Positions 54,406 to 62,863 of a stretch of DNA of 62,863 bases are shown here, piece after piece. Origin of the DNA: Clostridiales bacterium (GTDB lineage: Bacteria; Bacillota; Clostridia; Ch29); contig JAAYEV010000021.1 in the NCBI GenBank assembly GCA_012728565.1, forward strand, positions 1 to 62,863. The letters run 5' to 3'. Position numbers and translations under genes: made by a program. The notes under the pieces were generated by a model. It saw only the letters and a program-made list of their open reading frames with translations, did not search any database and had not been told where the DNA came from. The stretch's first letter is position 1. Each line of letters opens with the position of its first letter.

Positions 54406-55521
54406 ATGATTATTGGAGTACCAAAGGAGATTAAGGCAAACGAAAACAGGGTGGCCATCACGCCTGCCGGTGTCGAAGCCTTTGTCAAGGCAGGCCACAA
54501 GGTATTCATTGAAAAAACGGCAGGGCTGGGCAGCAGTATTACAGATGAGGAGTATATGGCGGCCGGGGCTGTTATGCTGGACACTCCAAAAGAAGTATAT
54601 GAAAAGGCCGACATGATTATAAAGGTAAAGGAGCCCCTGCCGGCCGAATATGACCTTATGAAAGAAAACCAGATTATATTTACTTACCTGCACCTGGCAC
54701 CCGAGCCGGAGCTTACCAAGGCAATGCTTGACAAAAAAGTTATAGGTATAGCCTATGAAACAGTGCAACCCGAAGACGGCTCACTGCCGCTTTTGGCTCC
54801 CATGAGCGAGATTGCCGGAAGGATGTCAATTCAGATTGGCGCGAGGCTTTTGGAAAAAATGTCAGGAGGAAGGGGAATGCTGCTTGGCGGAGTATCCGGT
54901 GTTGCCCCCGCCAGGGTGGTAATAGTAGGCGGCGGTAACGTTGGAACAAACGCAGCCAAGATGGCGGTCGGACTGGGCGCGGACGTAACGGTACTTGATG
55001 TCAGCATAAAAAGGCTTGCGTACCTGGACGACATATTCGGCAACAGGATAAAGAACCTTATGTCCAACAGCTACAACATCGCCCAGGCGTTGAAAGGGGC
55101 GGACCTTTTGATAGGCGCGGTATTAATACCCGGTGCCAGGACACCAAAGCTTGTAACCGAGGAAATGGTAAAAAGCATGAACCCCGGCGGAGCCATCGTG
55201 GATGTCGCGATAGACCAAGGCGGTACCGTTATGACCATGGACAGGATTACAAGCCATGCCGACCCCACCTTCATTAAGCACGGCATTGTTCACTATTCGG
55301 TGCCCAATATCCCCGGTGCCGTTCCGAGGACTTCCACCTTTGCGCTGACAAATGCAACTCTTCCCTATGCGCTCAAGATTGCCAACATGGGTGCAGAAGC
55401 TGCAATGAAGGCGGATATAGCGCTTAAGAGAGGGCTTAACACCTACAAAGGCAAACTTACATACAAGGCGGTTGCGGATGACCAAGGCTTGGAATATACC
55501 TGTGCGGACGAGGTGTTATAG
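54406..55521 (+). CDS. ald: alanine dehydrogenase
   Basis: MIIGVPKEIK.NE.RVA.TP, VVIVGGGNVGTNAA Rossmann fold, DVAIDQGG. ATG 54406 follows GGGGGAG. Confidence 0.95.
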   Translation: MIIGVPKEIKANENRVAITPAGVEAFVKAGHKVFIEKTAGLGSSITDEEYMAAGAVMLDTPKEVYEKADMIIKVKEPLPAEYDLMKENQIIFTYLHLAPEPELTKAMLDKKVIGIAYETVQPEDGSLPLLAPMSEIAGRMSIQIGARLLEKMSGGRGMLLGGVSGVAPARVVIVGGGNVGTNAAKMAVGLGADVTVLDVSIKRLAYLDDIFGNRIKNLMSNSYNIAQALKGADLLIGAVLIPGARTPKLVTEEMVKSMNPGGAIVDVAIDQGGTVMTMDRITSHADPTFIKHGIVHYSVPNIPGAVPRTSTFALTNATLPYALKIANMGAEAAMKADIALKRGLNTYKGKLTYKAVADDQGLEYTCADEVL

Positions 55522-55550
55522 GAAAAGCTTCCCCTCTGGGGAAGCTTTTC
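55522..55550 (+). terminator. perfect 13-bp hairpin after ald (no U-tract)
   Basis: GAAAAGCTTCCCC-tct-GGGGAAGCTTTTC. Confidence 0.55.
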
Positions 55551-55715
55551 CCGTATAAGACCCTTGGCTGCCGGCCGAGGATGTTATGAATTTTTTGGAA
55601 TAAGAGGGGGATAATACATAAAGAATAATTTATGTCATTAATATATAGAGGACTTTTCAAGTTTTTGTTGAAATATACATAAAACATAATATGTGGGTAA
55701 AGGAGTCCAGGTTAA

Positions 55716-56603
55716 ATGAACCTATTGCTGGATAAGTTCACTGATTACATAGGCAGTGTAAGGAAACTGTCGGACAATACGGTGGAATCCTACTGCAGGG
55801 ATATAAAACAGTACATAGAATACATTGAAAGCAAAAACATTCACAGTTTCAAGAACACCAACAAGACCACGGTAATAACATATCTTTTATATCTGCAAAA
55901 GAATGGCAGGGCTACTTCAACCATATCAAGAAGCCTGGCATCAATACGGGCTTTTTACCAGTATCTAACATCCGAAAGGATCTTGGACAGGGACCCGACG
56001 GTTGACCTGGAATCTCCAAAGGTGGAGAAAAAGCTGCCTACGATATTAAGCGGGAAAGAAGTGGAGCTTTTGCTGGACCAGCCTGATTTAAACACTGCAA
56101 AGGGAACCAGGGACAAGTCAATGCTGGAACTTTTGTATGCAACCGGCATAAGAGTATCCGAACTGGTTGCCCTTGACCTGGATGATATCAACCTTGAACT
56201 GGGCTATTTAAAATGCTGCAAGAACAACGACAAGGAGAGAATTATACCGGTGGGAACCATAGCCCTCGAAATACTCGGAAGGTACATCAGGGATGTAAGA
56301 CCGGGTCTTCTAAGGGGCAAGCCCGAAACGGCCCTGTACGTCAACTATAAAGGGGAAAGGCTTACCCGCCAAGGCTTTTGGAAAATAATAAAAGGATATA
56401 AAAATAAGGCTAAGATAAACAAAGATATTACACCGCATACCCTGAGACATTCCTTTGCCGCCCACCTAATAGAAAACGGAGCAGACCTAAAATCGGTGCA
56501 GGAAATGCTGGGACATTCTGATATATCCACAACTCAAGTTTATGCCCAGATTACGAAAAACAGGATAAAAGAAGTGTACAACAAAGCACATCCAAGGGCG
56601 TAA
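55716..56603 (+). CDS. xerD: tyrosine recombinase XerD
   Basis: N-terminal SAM-like domain, the catalytic R (ATGIRVSEL), and HTLRHSFAAHL...GHSDISTTQVY. Confidence 0.9.
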   Translation: MNLLLDKFTDYIGSVRKLSDNTVESYCRDIKQYIEYIESKNIHSFKNTNKTTVITYLLYLQKNGRATSTISRSLASIRAFYQYLTSERILDRDPTVDLESPKVEKKLPTILSGKEVELLLDQPDLNTAKGTRDKSMLELLYATGIRVSELVALDLDDINLELGYLKCCKNNDKERIIPVGTIALEILGRYIRDVRPGLLRGKPETALYVNYKGERLTRQGFWKIIKGYKNKAKINKDITPHTLRHSFAAHLIENGADLKSVQEMLGHSDISTTQVYAQITKNRIKEVYNKAHPRA

Positions 56604-56687
56604 AGCCCTTTTTTACATAGGTATAAAAACAATTGGGAGATTCTTAATATTGTTATGCAGGTATGTATATGAAGGGAGGAAGAAGGA

Positions 56688-57857
56688 TTGTTCGACAGGG
56701 TTATAATTATAGTGATGGACAGCGTAGGCATCGGAGAGCTGCCGGACGCGCACTTGTACGGAGATGAAGGGGCCAATACCCTTGGGCATATATACAGGGA
56801 TGTTGAGGGTTTTTCACTGCCAACCTTGGAGAAACTTGGCATAGGGGACATCCAGGGCACCAGGTACATTGGGAAAAGTTCCGCACCGATCGGATGTTTC
56901 GGCAGGGCGGCGGAGAAGTCGAAGGGTAAGGACACCATAACCGGACACTGGGAAATAACAGGGATAATACTGGATATGCCATTCCCGACATATCCAAACG
57001 GGTTCCCCGAAGAACTTATCAGGCGCTTTGAAAAACTGGTAGGCCGGCGGGTTCTGGGTAACAAGGCAGCGTCGGGGACGCAGATAATAGAGGAATTGGG
57101 AGCTGCTCACATGGAAACAGGCTACCCCATAGTGTACACCTCCGCTGACAGTGTCTTCCAGATAGCGGCCCATGAGGAAATTGTACCGGTTGAGGATTTG
57201 TACGGGATGTGCGAAGCGGCAAGGGAATTGCTGACCGGCGAGCATCGGGTGGCAAGGGTCATCGCACGGCCCTTTGTAGGAAAGCCGGGGGAGTTTATCC
57301 GAACGGCAAGACGAAGGGATTACTCGGTTGAGCCCCCGGCGGCTACACTGCTTGACCATGCCGTGGAGCAGGGTTATAGCGTCACCGCGGTGGGTAAAAT
57401 ATATGACATATTTGCCGGCAGGGGGATATCCAGGCACGTTCATACCGGCAGCAACCGGGACGGCATGGAAAAAACCATGGACTATATTAACGAAAACGGT
57501 AAAGGCATTATATTTACAAATCTTGTGGACTTTGACATGAAATATGGGCACAGGAACAACACAGAAGGGTACGGGGCCGCCCTAAGGGAGTTTGACAGTT
57601 GGCTTTCCGGCCTTTTGGACTGCCTGAAAGAAAAGGACCTGTTAATAATTACCGCGGACCACGGTTGCGACCCGACAACGGAGAGTACCGATCATTCAAG
57701 GGAATACGTCCCCATACTGGCCTATGGCAAAATGCTTCGAAGGGGTGTAGATATAGGTACCAGGGAATCCTTTGCGGATATAGGAGCAACCGCAGCCCAA
57801 GCCCTTGGCATAAAAGGGTTAGGTGTGGGCAATAGCTTCCTCGATAGTATTGTTTAA
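56688..57857 (+). CDS. deoB: phosphopentomutase
   Basis: [43 protein letters not shown]. Confidence 0.95.
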   Translation: MFDRVIIIVMDSVGIGELPDAHLYGDEGANTLGHIYRDVEGFSLPTLEKLGIGDIQGTRYIGKSSAPIGCFGRAAEKSKGKDTITGHWEITGIILDMPFPTYPNGFPEELIRRFEKLVGRRVLGNKAASGTQIIEELGAAHMETGYPIVYTSADSVFQIAAHEEIVPVEDLYGMCEAARELLTGEHRVARVIARPFVGKPGEFIRTARRRDYSVEPPAATLLDHAVEQGYSVTAVGKIYDIFAGRGISRHVHTGSNRDGMEKTMDYINENGKGIIFTNLVDFDMKYGHRNNTEGYGAALREFDSWLSGLLDCLKEKDLLIITADHGCDPTTESTDHSREYVPILAYGKMLRRGVDIGTRESFADIGATAAQALGIKGLGVGNSFLDSIV

Positions 57858-57871
57858 TGGGGTGATGTGTT

Positions 57872-59179
57872 GTGAGGATGTATGATTTAATAAGGAAAAA
57901 AAGAGACGGTGAATCACTTGGATATGAAGAACTCAAATTTTTCATTGACGGTTACGTGGCGGGAACCATACCCGATTACCAGGCCGCGGCTTTTTTAATG
58001 GCGGTTTTCATACGGGGTATGACACTTGAGGAGACGGTTATGCTGACCCAATGCATGAGGGAATCAGGAGAGCAGCTGGACCTGTCGGAAATACCCGGCA
58101 TAAAAGTGGATAAGCACAGCACCGGCGGCGTTGGAGACAAAACCTCCATAGCTCTGGCGCCCATTGTGGCGGCGGCGGGCATACCGGTGGCTAAAATGTC
58201 AGGCCGTGGCCTGGGGCACACCGGGGGCACCATAGACAAACTGGAATCCATACCCGGCTTCAGGGCCGAACTAAGCACCGAGGAATTCTTAAAGTCGGTT
58301 AAGAGAACTGGTATTGCAATCACGGGCCAGACCGGCAATATTGCGCCGGGTGACAAAAAACTTTATGCCCTAAGGGACGTTACCGCCACCGTTGACAACA
58401 TATCCCTGATTGCCAGCAGCATAATGAGCAAAAAGCTTGCCGCAGGGGCGGACAGGATTTTACTTGATGTAAAAGTGGGAAACGGGGCTTTTATGAAGAA
58501 AAAGAAAGAGGCCCTTGCCCTTGCCAGGGTGATGGTGGACATAGGAAATTCATCGGGTAAAAGGACCATGGCGATTTTAAGCGACATGAACCAGCCCCTT
58601 GGGAACGCCGTGGGTAACGCCCTTGAGGTAAGGGAGGCGGTGGCCACACTAAGGGGAGAAGGGCCTGAGGACTTCTACTGCCTGTGCAGGGAGTTGGGTG
58701 CGGCCATGTTGATGCTGGGCGAAAAAGTCCAGGACCTCAAGCAGGGCAGGGATATGGTGGATCACCTTGTTTCAGCCGGAAAGGCGGCGTCAAAGTTCGA
58801 AGAATTCGTAAAAAGCCAGGGCGGTGACCCGGATGTGCTGGAAAGGCCGGACAGGGTGCTGCCCAAAGCGAAGCAGCAGGTAACGGTCTGTGCGGAACAA
58901 AACGGCTACATTACATCGCTTAATGCAGAGAGTATCGGTATAAGCGCGATGCTGCTCGGGGCCGGAAGGGCCAAAAAGGATGACGTAATAGACCCGGCGG
59001 TTGGGGTGGTTATGCATAAAAAATGCGGAATGCAGGTAACAAAAGGGGAACCGGTTGCCACATTGTTTGTAAATAAAAGGGATAACCTGGAGAAGGCCGA
59101 GCAGCTTATTAGGGATGCCATATTGGTAGCCGAGCAGCCGCCGCAGAAGAGTGAAATGATTTTGGGGGTGGTGGAATAG
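57872..59179 (+). CDS. pdp: pyrimidine-nucleoside phosphorylase
   Basis: MRMYDLIRKKRDG, DKHSTGGVGDKTS, SGRGLGHTGGTIDKLE. Confidence 0.95.
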   Translation: MRMYDLIRKKRDGESLGYEELKFFIDGYVAGTIPDYQAAAFLMAVFIRGMTLEETVMLTQCMRESGEQLDLSEIPGIKVDKHSTGGVGDKTSIALAPIVAAAGIPVAKMSGRGLGHTGGTIDKLESIPGFRAELSTEEFLKSVKRTGIAITGQTGNIAPGDKKLYALRDVTATVDNISLIASSIMSKKLAAGADRILLDVKVGNGAFMKKKKEALALARVMVDIGNSSGKRTMAILSDMNQPLGNAVGNALEVREAVATLRGEGPEDFYCLCRELGAAMLMLGEKVQDLKQGRDMVDHLVSAGKAASKFEEFVKSQGGDPDVLERPDRVLPKAKQQVTVCAEQNGYITSLNAESIGISAMLLGAGRAKKDDVIDPAVGVVMHKKCGMQVTKGEPVATLFVNKRDNLEKAEQLIRDAILVAEQPPQKSEMILGVVE

Positions 59180-59217
59180 ACTAAAATTTACATAAAATAT
59201 TTATTGTTCCCTTGTCC

Positions 59218-59243
59218 AAAAAAGCCGCCGTGCGGCTTTTTTT
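59218..59243 (+). terminator. intrinsic terminator after pdp
   Basis: AAAAAGCCGC-cgt-GCGGCTTTTTTT. Confidence 0.85.
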
Positions 59244-59340
59244 GTGCAACTTCGCAGCGGATTGTAAACTTTGGTTATTGTATAACTCCATTTTAGGATG
59301 GTTAACCTAATAGTGAACCAATTGAAATGGAGGTAATATA

Positions 59341-60510
59341 ATGAGAACCAGGTTATTGTGCGCAGTCATGCTGCTGGCGATATTATTCGTTGCATATCCT
59401 AATGCTGTGTGTGCAGAAGAGATAAAGGTGGATGCACAGGGCGCTGTTTTAATGGACGCGGGAAGCGGTGCAGTACTTTTTGAGCAAAACGCCCATGAAA
59501 AAATGTACCCTGCCAGCATCACGAAGATAATGACAACCCTTATCGCAATGGAAAGCCTGGAAAACGGCAAGATTGCACTGGATGACAGGGTGGTTATTAG
59601 CAGGAACGCAGCGGGCATGGGAGGAAGCCAGATATACATGGAGCCCGAAGAGGTAAAAACGGTAGAGCAGCTTTTAAAAGCCGTTGTAGTGGCTTCAGGC
59701 AATGATGCCAGCGTAGCCCTTGCGGAGCATATAGCCGGAACCGAAGAGGCCTTTGTGCAAATGATGAATCAAAGGGCAAAGGAACTGGGTATGCAAAACA
59801 CCAACTTTGTAAACTGCCACGGCCTGCACCACGAGGACCATTATACCACGGCCTACGACGTGGCCCTGATGTCCAGGGAGCTTGTAAAGCACAGCAAGGT
59901 ATTCGACTGGACCACCATATGGATGGAAGATATAGAAGTGGGCAGAGAGGGACGGTTTAAAACCTTTACAATGGTGAATACCAACAAGCTTCTTAGAAGG
60001 TACGAGGGCGCGGACGGACTTAAAACCGGGTCCACTTCCGTGGCCAAATACTGCATGTCCGCTACCGCCGTCAGGGGCAATATGAGGCTTATTGCAGTGG
60101 TCATGGGCAGCCCAACCTCCGAGGTAAGGTTTCGGGAAGCGGAAAAAATGCTTAAATACGGCTTTGCCAGGTACAATTCAGTACCGATAGCAAAAAAGGA
60201 TGAGGTCTTACAGAGGCTTAAGGTAAACAAAGGCAGGGAACGGTGGGTGAATGTAAAGCCCGCTGAAGATATGAAAGTGCTGGTACTAAAGGGGGAGGAA
60301 GGAAACCTTGAGCAGGAGATGATACTTCCCAGCGACATTACAGCGCCGGTTGCCGGCGGGGAGAAGGTCGGTGAACTTATAGTAAAACAAAACGGGGAAA
60401 TAGTGGGCATTGTGGACCTGGTAGCTGAAGAAACCGTGGATAAGGCAGGCATACTGTTGATGCTGAAAAGGGTGTTGCTGGACTGGATAACCCAGGCGGA
60501 ACAATCCTAA
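59341..60510 (+). CDS. D-alanyl-D-alanine carboxypeptidase (S11; DacF/DacB-like)
   Basis: Signal peptide, SxxK (PASITKIM), SGN (VASGNDA), KTG (LKTGST), and a C-terminal beta-sandwich domain. Confidence 0.88.
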   Translation: MRTRLLCAVMLLAILFVAYPNAVCAEEIKVDAQGAVLMDAGSGAVLFEQNAHEKMYPASITKIMTTLIAMESLENGKIALDDRVVISRNAAGMGGSQIYMEPEEVKTVEQLLKAVVVASGNDASVALAEHIAGTEEAFVQMMNQRAKELGMQNTNFVNCHGLHHEDHYTTAYDVALMSRELVKHSKVFDWTTIWMEDIEVGREGRFKTFTMVNTNKLLRRYEGADGLKTGSTSVAKYCMSATAVRGNMRLIAVVMGSPTSEVRFREAEKMLKYGFARYNSVPIAKKDEVLQRLKVNKGRERWVNVKPAEDMKVLVLKGEEGNLEQEMILPSDITAPVAGGEKVGELIVKQNGEIVGIVDLVAEETVDKAGILLMLKRVLLDWITQAEQS

Positions 60511-60537
60511 CAAAAAGGATAAAGCATACGATTGTAC

Positions 60538-60612
60538 CCGGGCCTTTGGTCATGTTAAAGTGAACGGCAGCGTTTAGACGGTGGGGAACATGACCATTTG
60601 GCCCGGTTTTTT
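60538..60612 (+). terminator. long compound hairpin + U-tract after dac gene
   Basis: Outer stem CCGGGCC/GGCCCGG and inner stem TGGTCATGTT/AACATGACCA, followed by TTTTTT. Confidence 0.6.
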
Positions 60613-60738
60613 GTTGTTTTTCGTACAATTTGGATATGCAGGGTTGCTAAAGGTTTTTGTTTTGTCAAAAGCCGGAATTATGGTAAGATTATATTGCCCT
60701 TTATTTTTTTAAGAAGGATGCAGTGGAATGGGGATAGC

Positions 60739-61986
60739 ATGATGGAACAATTTAAAGCCATGAACAGTATGCCCGGAGCAGTACGCGATATTGTTTACCG
60801 GATAAATGAGAGATGCATAAACCTTGGGTACAAGGCCTACATTGTGGGGGGAGCTGTAAGGGACATGCTGTTGGGAGTCGGGCTTTTGGACATTGATGTC
60901 ACGGTGGTAGGGGATGCCCTAAGGCTTGCCGATGACCTGGAGCACCTATTCGGGTATAGGTTTATAGCCCATCCGTCCTTCAAAACGGTGACTTTGAATA
61001 CAGGCCTTAACTGCCGCATAGACATAGCGACCGCAAGAAGAGAGGTATACCCGAAGCCTGCGGCGCTGCCGGAAGTTTTCCCCTCGGGCCTTTACGACGA
61101 CCTTTTCAGAAGAGACTTTACAATCAATGCGATGGCAGTATCGCTGGAAGGATATCACCTAATAGACCCCTTTGGAGGAAAGAATGACCTTCAAAGCGGA
61201 ACAATAAGGGTGATGCATAACAAAAGCTTCGTGGATGACCCAACCCGCATTCTTCGGGGTATAAGGTTTGAAACCCGCTATGGTTTCGAAATGGATAATA
61301 AGACTGAAGAACTTGCAAAGGCATCGGTAGAGTTGGGATACCCGGGCATGCTAAGCGCCGAAAGAATATGCGCCGAGATGGAGCATGTTTTCAGGGAGCC
61401 GCGATACACTGCCATACTGCGTCGCATGGAGGGTTTGGGTCTTTGGAAGGCCCTGTTCGGGGCCGGTAAAATTCCCCCTTCAGTCTACCGGAAACTTCAA
61501 AAGATACAAAAAGGATGTCCCGGGAACGTAAAGTTTCCCATACTTGCTCTTCTTGAGGGAGTACATGGAGGGAAAGTTGTCGAGGTTTTTATTGCCTACA
61601 AAACGCTTTACCGAAAGCTCTGTGAATACAGTGCAAGGGAAAAGGCCCTCAGGTTTCCGGTGCGCGATAAAATGATGGAAAGGGGTATGCTTTACAGATT
61701 GTTTAACGGGGTGGAAAAAGAAATCCTGGAGTACCTTTATTGGACAGCCTATACCTGGCAGTATAAAAATAATATAATTAAATATATGCAGGAGGTCACG
61801 GGCTTTAATTTTCATATTGGCGGAGGCGACCTTATATCCCTCGGCGTGAAACCGGGGCCGAGGTACAATGACCTCTTGCAGCGGGCTAGACAGGAGATAG
61901 TGGAAAGGGGAGCCACCGACCGAAGCGAGCAGATGGATATATTGAAATCCGTAGTGACAAAGGGGGAAGAGGACCTTGGGAATTAA
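60739..61986 (+). CDS. cca: CCA-adding enzyme / poly(A) polymerase-family tRNA nucleotidyltransferase
   Basis: YIVGGAVRDMLLG...DIDV head-domain motif, RRDFTINAMA, RFETRY. ATG 60739 is the likely start; the ORF-track N-extension looks non-coding. Confidence 0.85.
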   Translation: MMEQFKAMNSMPGAVRDIVYRINERCINLGYKAYIVGGAVRDMLLGVGLLDIDVTVVGDALRLADDLEHLFGYRFIAHPSFKTVTLNTGLNCRIDIATARREVYPKPAALPEVFPSGLYDDLFRRDFTINAMAVSLEGYHLIDPFGGKNDLQSGTIRVMHNKSFVDDPTRILRGIRFETRYGFEMDNKTEELAKASVELGYPGMLSAERICAEMEHVFREPRYTAILRRMEGLGLWKALFGAGKIPPSVYRKLQKIQKGCPGNVKFPILALLEGVHGGKVVEVFIAYKTLYRKLCEYSAREKALRFPVRDKMMERGMLYRLFNGVEKEILEYLYWTAYTWQYKNNIIKYMQEVTGFNFHIGGGDLISLGVKPGPRYNDLLQRARQEIVERGATDRSEQMDILKSVVTKGEEDLGN

Positions 61987-61987
61987 C

Positions 61988-62596
61988 ATGAGCATGCTTT
62001 TTTATATACTACCGGCGGTTATAATCATACTTACAGTGCACGAGTACAGCCACGCCAAGGTGTCGGACATGCTGGGGGACCCCACGCCCAGAAACAGAGG
62101 GCGGCTTACTTTGAACCCCCTTGCCCACATAGACCCGTTGGGCCTTTTAATGCTGCTGCTGGTTCGGCTGGGCTGGGCCAAACCGGTCCCCACCAGCCCT
62201 ATTTATTACAGGGATCGGAAAAGGGGAATACTTTATACCGCCCTGGCGGGACCGGCCTCGGGGATACTTATTGCGATTATAAGCAGGGCTGTTATGATGT
62301 CCGGGGTGATTCGCCCTTACGGGACGGCCTTTTCTTTTTTCAACGTCCTGTATTATTATAGCCTTGTAATATCGGTATTTAACCTTCTTCCGGTATACCC
62401 CCTGGACGGCTCGCGAATATTACAGGGCCTTTTGCCGGACAATAAGGTGTACAAGCTCATGCAGTATCAAAACCAGATACAGGTTGTATTCATGCTGGTA
62501 GTATTCCTGGCGGGCAGGCTGTTGTGGGCCTTTCTAAATCCTGCAATAGCTGCTCTTGACCTTGTTATAACCCGGGGTGTGGGAATGTTTTTCTAA
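61988..62596 (+). CDS. site-2 protease family (M50) membrane metalloprotease
   Basis: HEYSHA zinc motif, NLLPVYPLDGSRIL, polytopic. Confidence 0.85.
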   Translation: MSMLFYILPAVIIILTVHEYSHAKVSDMLGDPTPRNRGRLTLNPLAHIDPLGLLMLLLVRLGWAKPVPTSPIYYRDRKRGILYTALAGPASGILIAIISRAVMMSGVIRPYGTAFSFFNVLYYYSLVISVFNLLPVYPLDGSRILQGLLPDNKVYKLMQYQNQIQVVFMLVVFLAGRLLWAFLNPAIAALDLVITRGVGMFF

Positions 62597-62683
62597 GAAG
62601 GGTTTTTTAAAAGGGATAGCTTGATGTTGATAATTGGTATGGAACAATATATAATATTGTGAAATGGATGGGGAGGAATGTAT

Positions 62684-62863
62684 ATGGCGAAAGACATTAT
62701 AATGAGCGGTATGCGACCTACTGGCAAACTGCACTTGGGAAACTATTTCGGGGCTTTGGAAAACTGGGTAAAGCTCCAGAATGATTATAAAAGCTTTCAT
62801 GCCATAGTGGACTGGCACGCCCTTACCACCGCTTACGAGGATACATCGGAGCTGCAGCAGAAC
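62684..62863 (+). CDS. trpS: tryptophan--tRNA ligase, 3'-truncated by window edge
   Basis: MAKDIIMSGMRPTGKLHLGNYFGAL.NWV.LQ......F.IVDWHALT parallels the TrpS N-terminus (HIGH-like motif). SD GGGGAGG. Confidence 0.88.
   Translation, partial: MAKDIIMSGMRPTGKLHLGNYFGALENWVKLQNDYKSFHAIVDWHALTTAYEDTSELQQN

Noticed and set aside
59279-59310. Possible forespore (sigma-F/G) promoter upstream of the dac gene: GTATA-N15-GGTTAACCT
   Set aside because: The -35 and spacing fit, but the -10 matches only part of GGnnAnAnT. That is too weak to report as a feature without TSS data.
60598-60738. N-terminal 47-aa extension of the cca ORF in the ORF track
   Set aside because: The extension begins inside the upstream terminator's U-tract and encodes hydrophobic/basic nonsense. 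The conserved nucleotidyltransferase N-terminus begins at ATG 60739.
1-62863. Scanned for CRISPR arrays, tRNA/rRNA genes, IS elements, integrases and prophage genes
   Set aside because: I saw no regularly spaced direct repeats, no cloverleaf-like or rRNA-like segments, and no transposase/integrase-like ORFs. The only tyrosine recombinase is the housekeeping XerD.

Overview
This is a 62.9-kb core-chromosome segment of an endospore-forming Firmicute (Clostridia-like). G+C looks near 50% by eye, coding density is high, and almost every gene is on the + strand. Gene order, first part: U32 peptidase (5' cut), class B PBP, uninterrupted sigK, EamA transporter (-), Cu/Zn SOD, 4Fe-4S protein, an orphan ORF, and a yqeG-like phosphatase. 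A complete Gram-positive type IV pilus operon follows: pilB, pilC, pilin, pilD, four minor pilins, comFB, a pilM-pilN fusion and pilO. Next come an endonuclease-IV-like gene, pepP-efp, spoIIIAA-AH, and asp23-nusB-tsaD paralog-xseA-xseB-ispA-PAP2. After PAP2 lies a ~600-nt non-coding OLE-like RNA, then oapA-dxs-tlyA-nadK-argR-recN, spoIVB and spo0A. A 3.6-kb AT-rich islet follows spo0A and carries a DpnII/MboI-type (GATC) methylase-endonuclease-methylase cassette plus an unknown membrane protein. The rest is small transporters, GIY-YIG, Dabb, a lipoprotein, glnS, a steA-steB(mctB-like)-GT2-GT4-DUF3866 operon, and nudF-spoIIM-ald-xerD-deoB-pdp-dac-cca-S2P-trpS (3' cut). I saw no rRNA, tRNA, CRISPR array, transposase or integrase. 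The most interesting items are: (1) the OLE RNA/OapA locus; (2) the uncharacterised five-gene steA envelope module; (3) the R-M islet that appears to have split the spo0A terminator; (4) cyclic-dinucleotide-type signatures in the pilus operon (MshEN-like PilB N-terminus, ComFB); (5) a minor pilin whose leader is out of frame; (6) an orphan gene bracketed by a duplicated terminator. All product calls come from motif recognition by eye; no searches were run.
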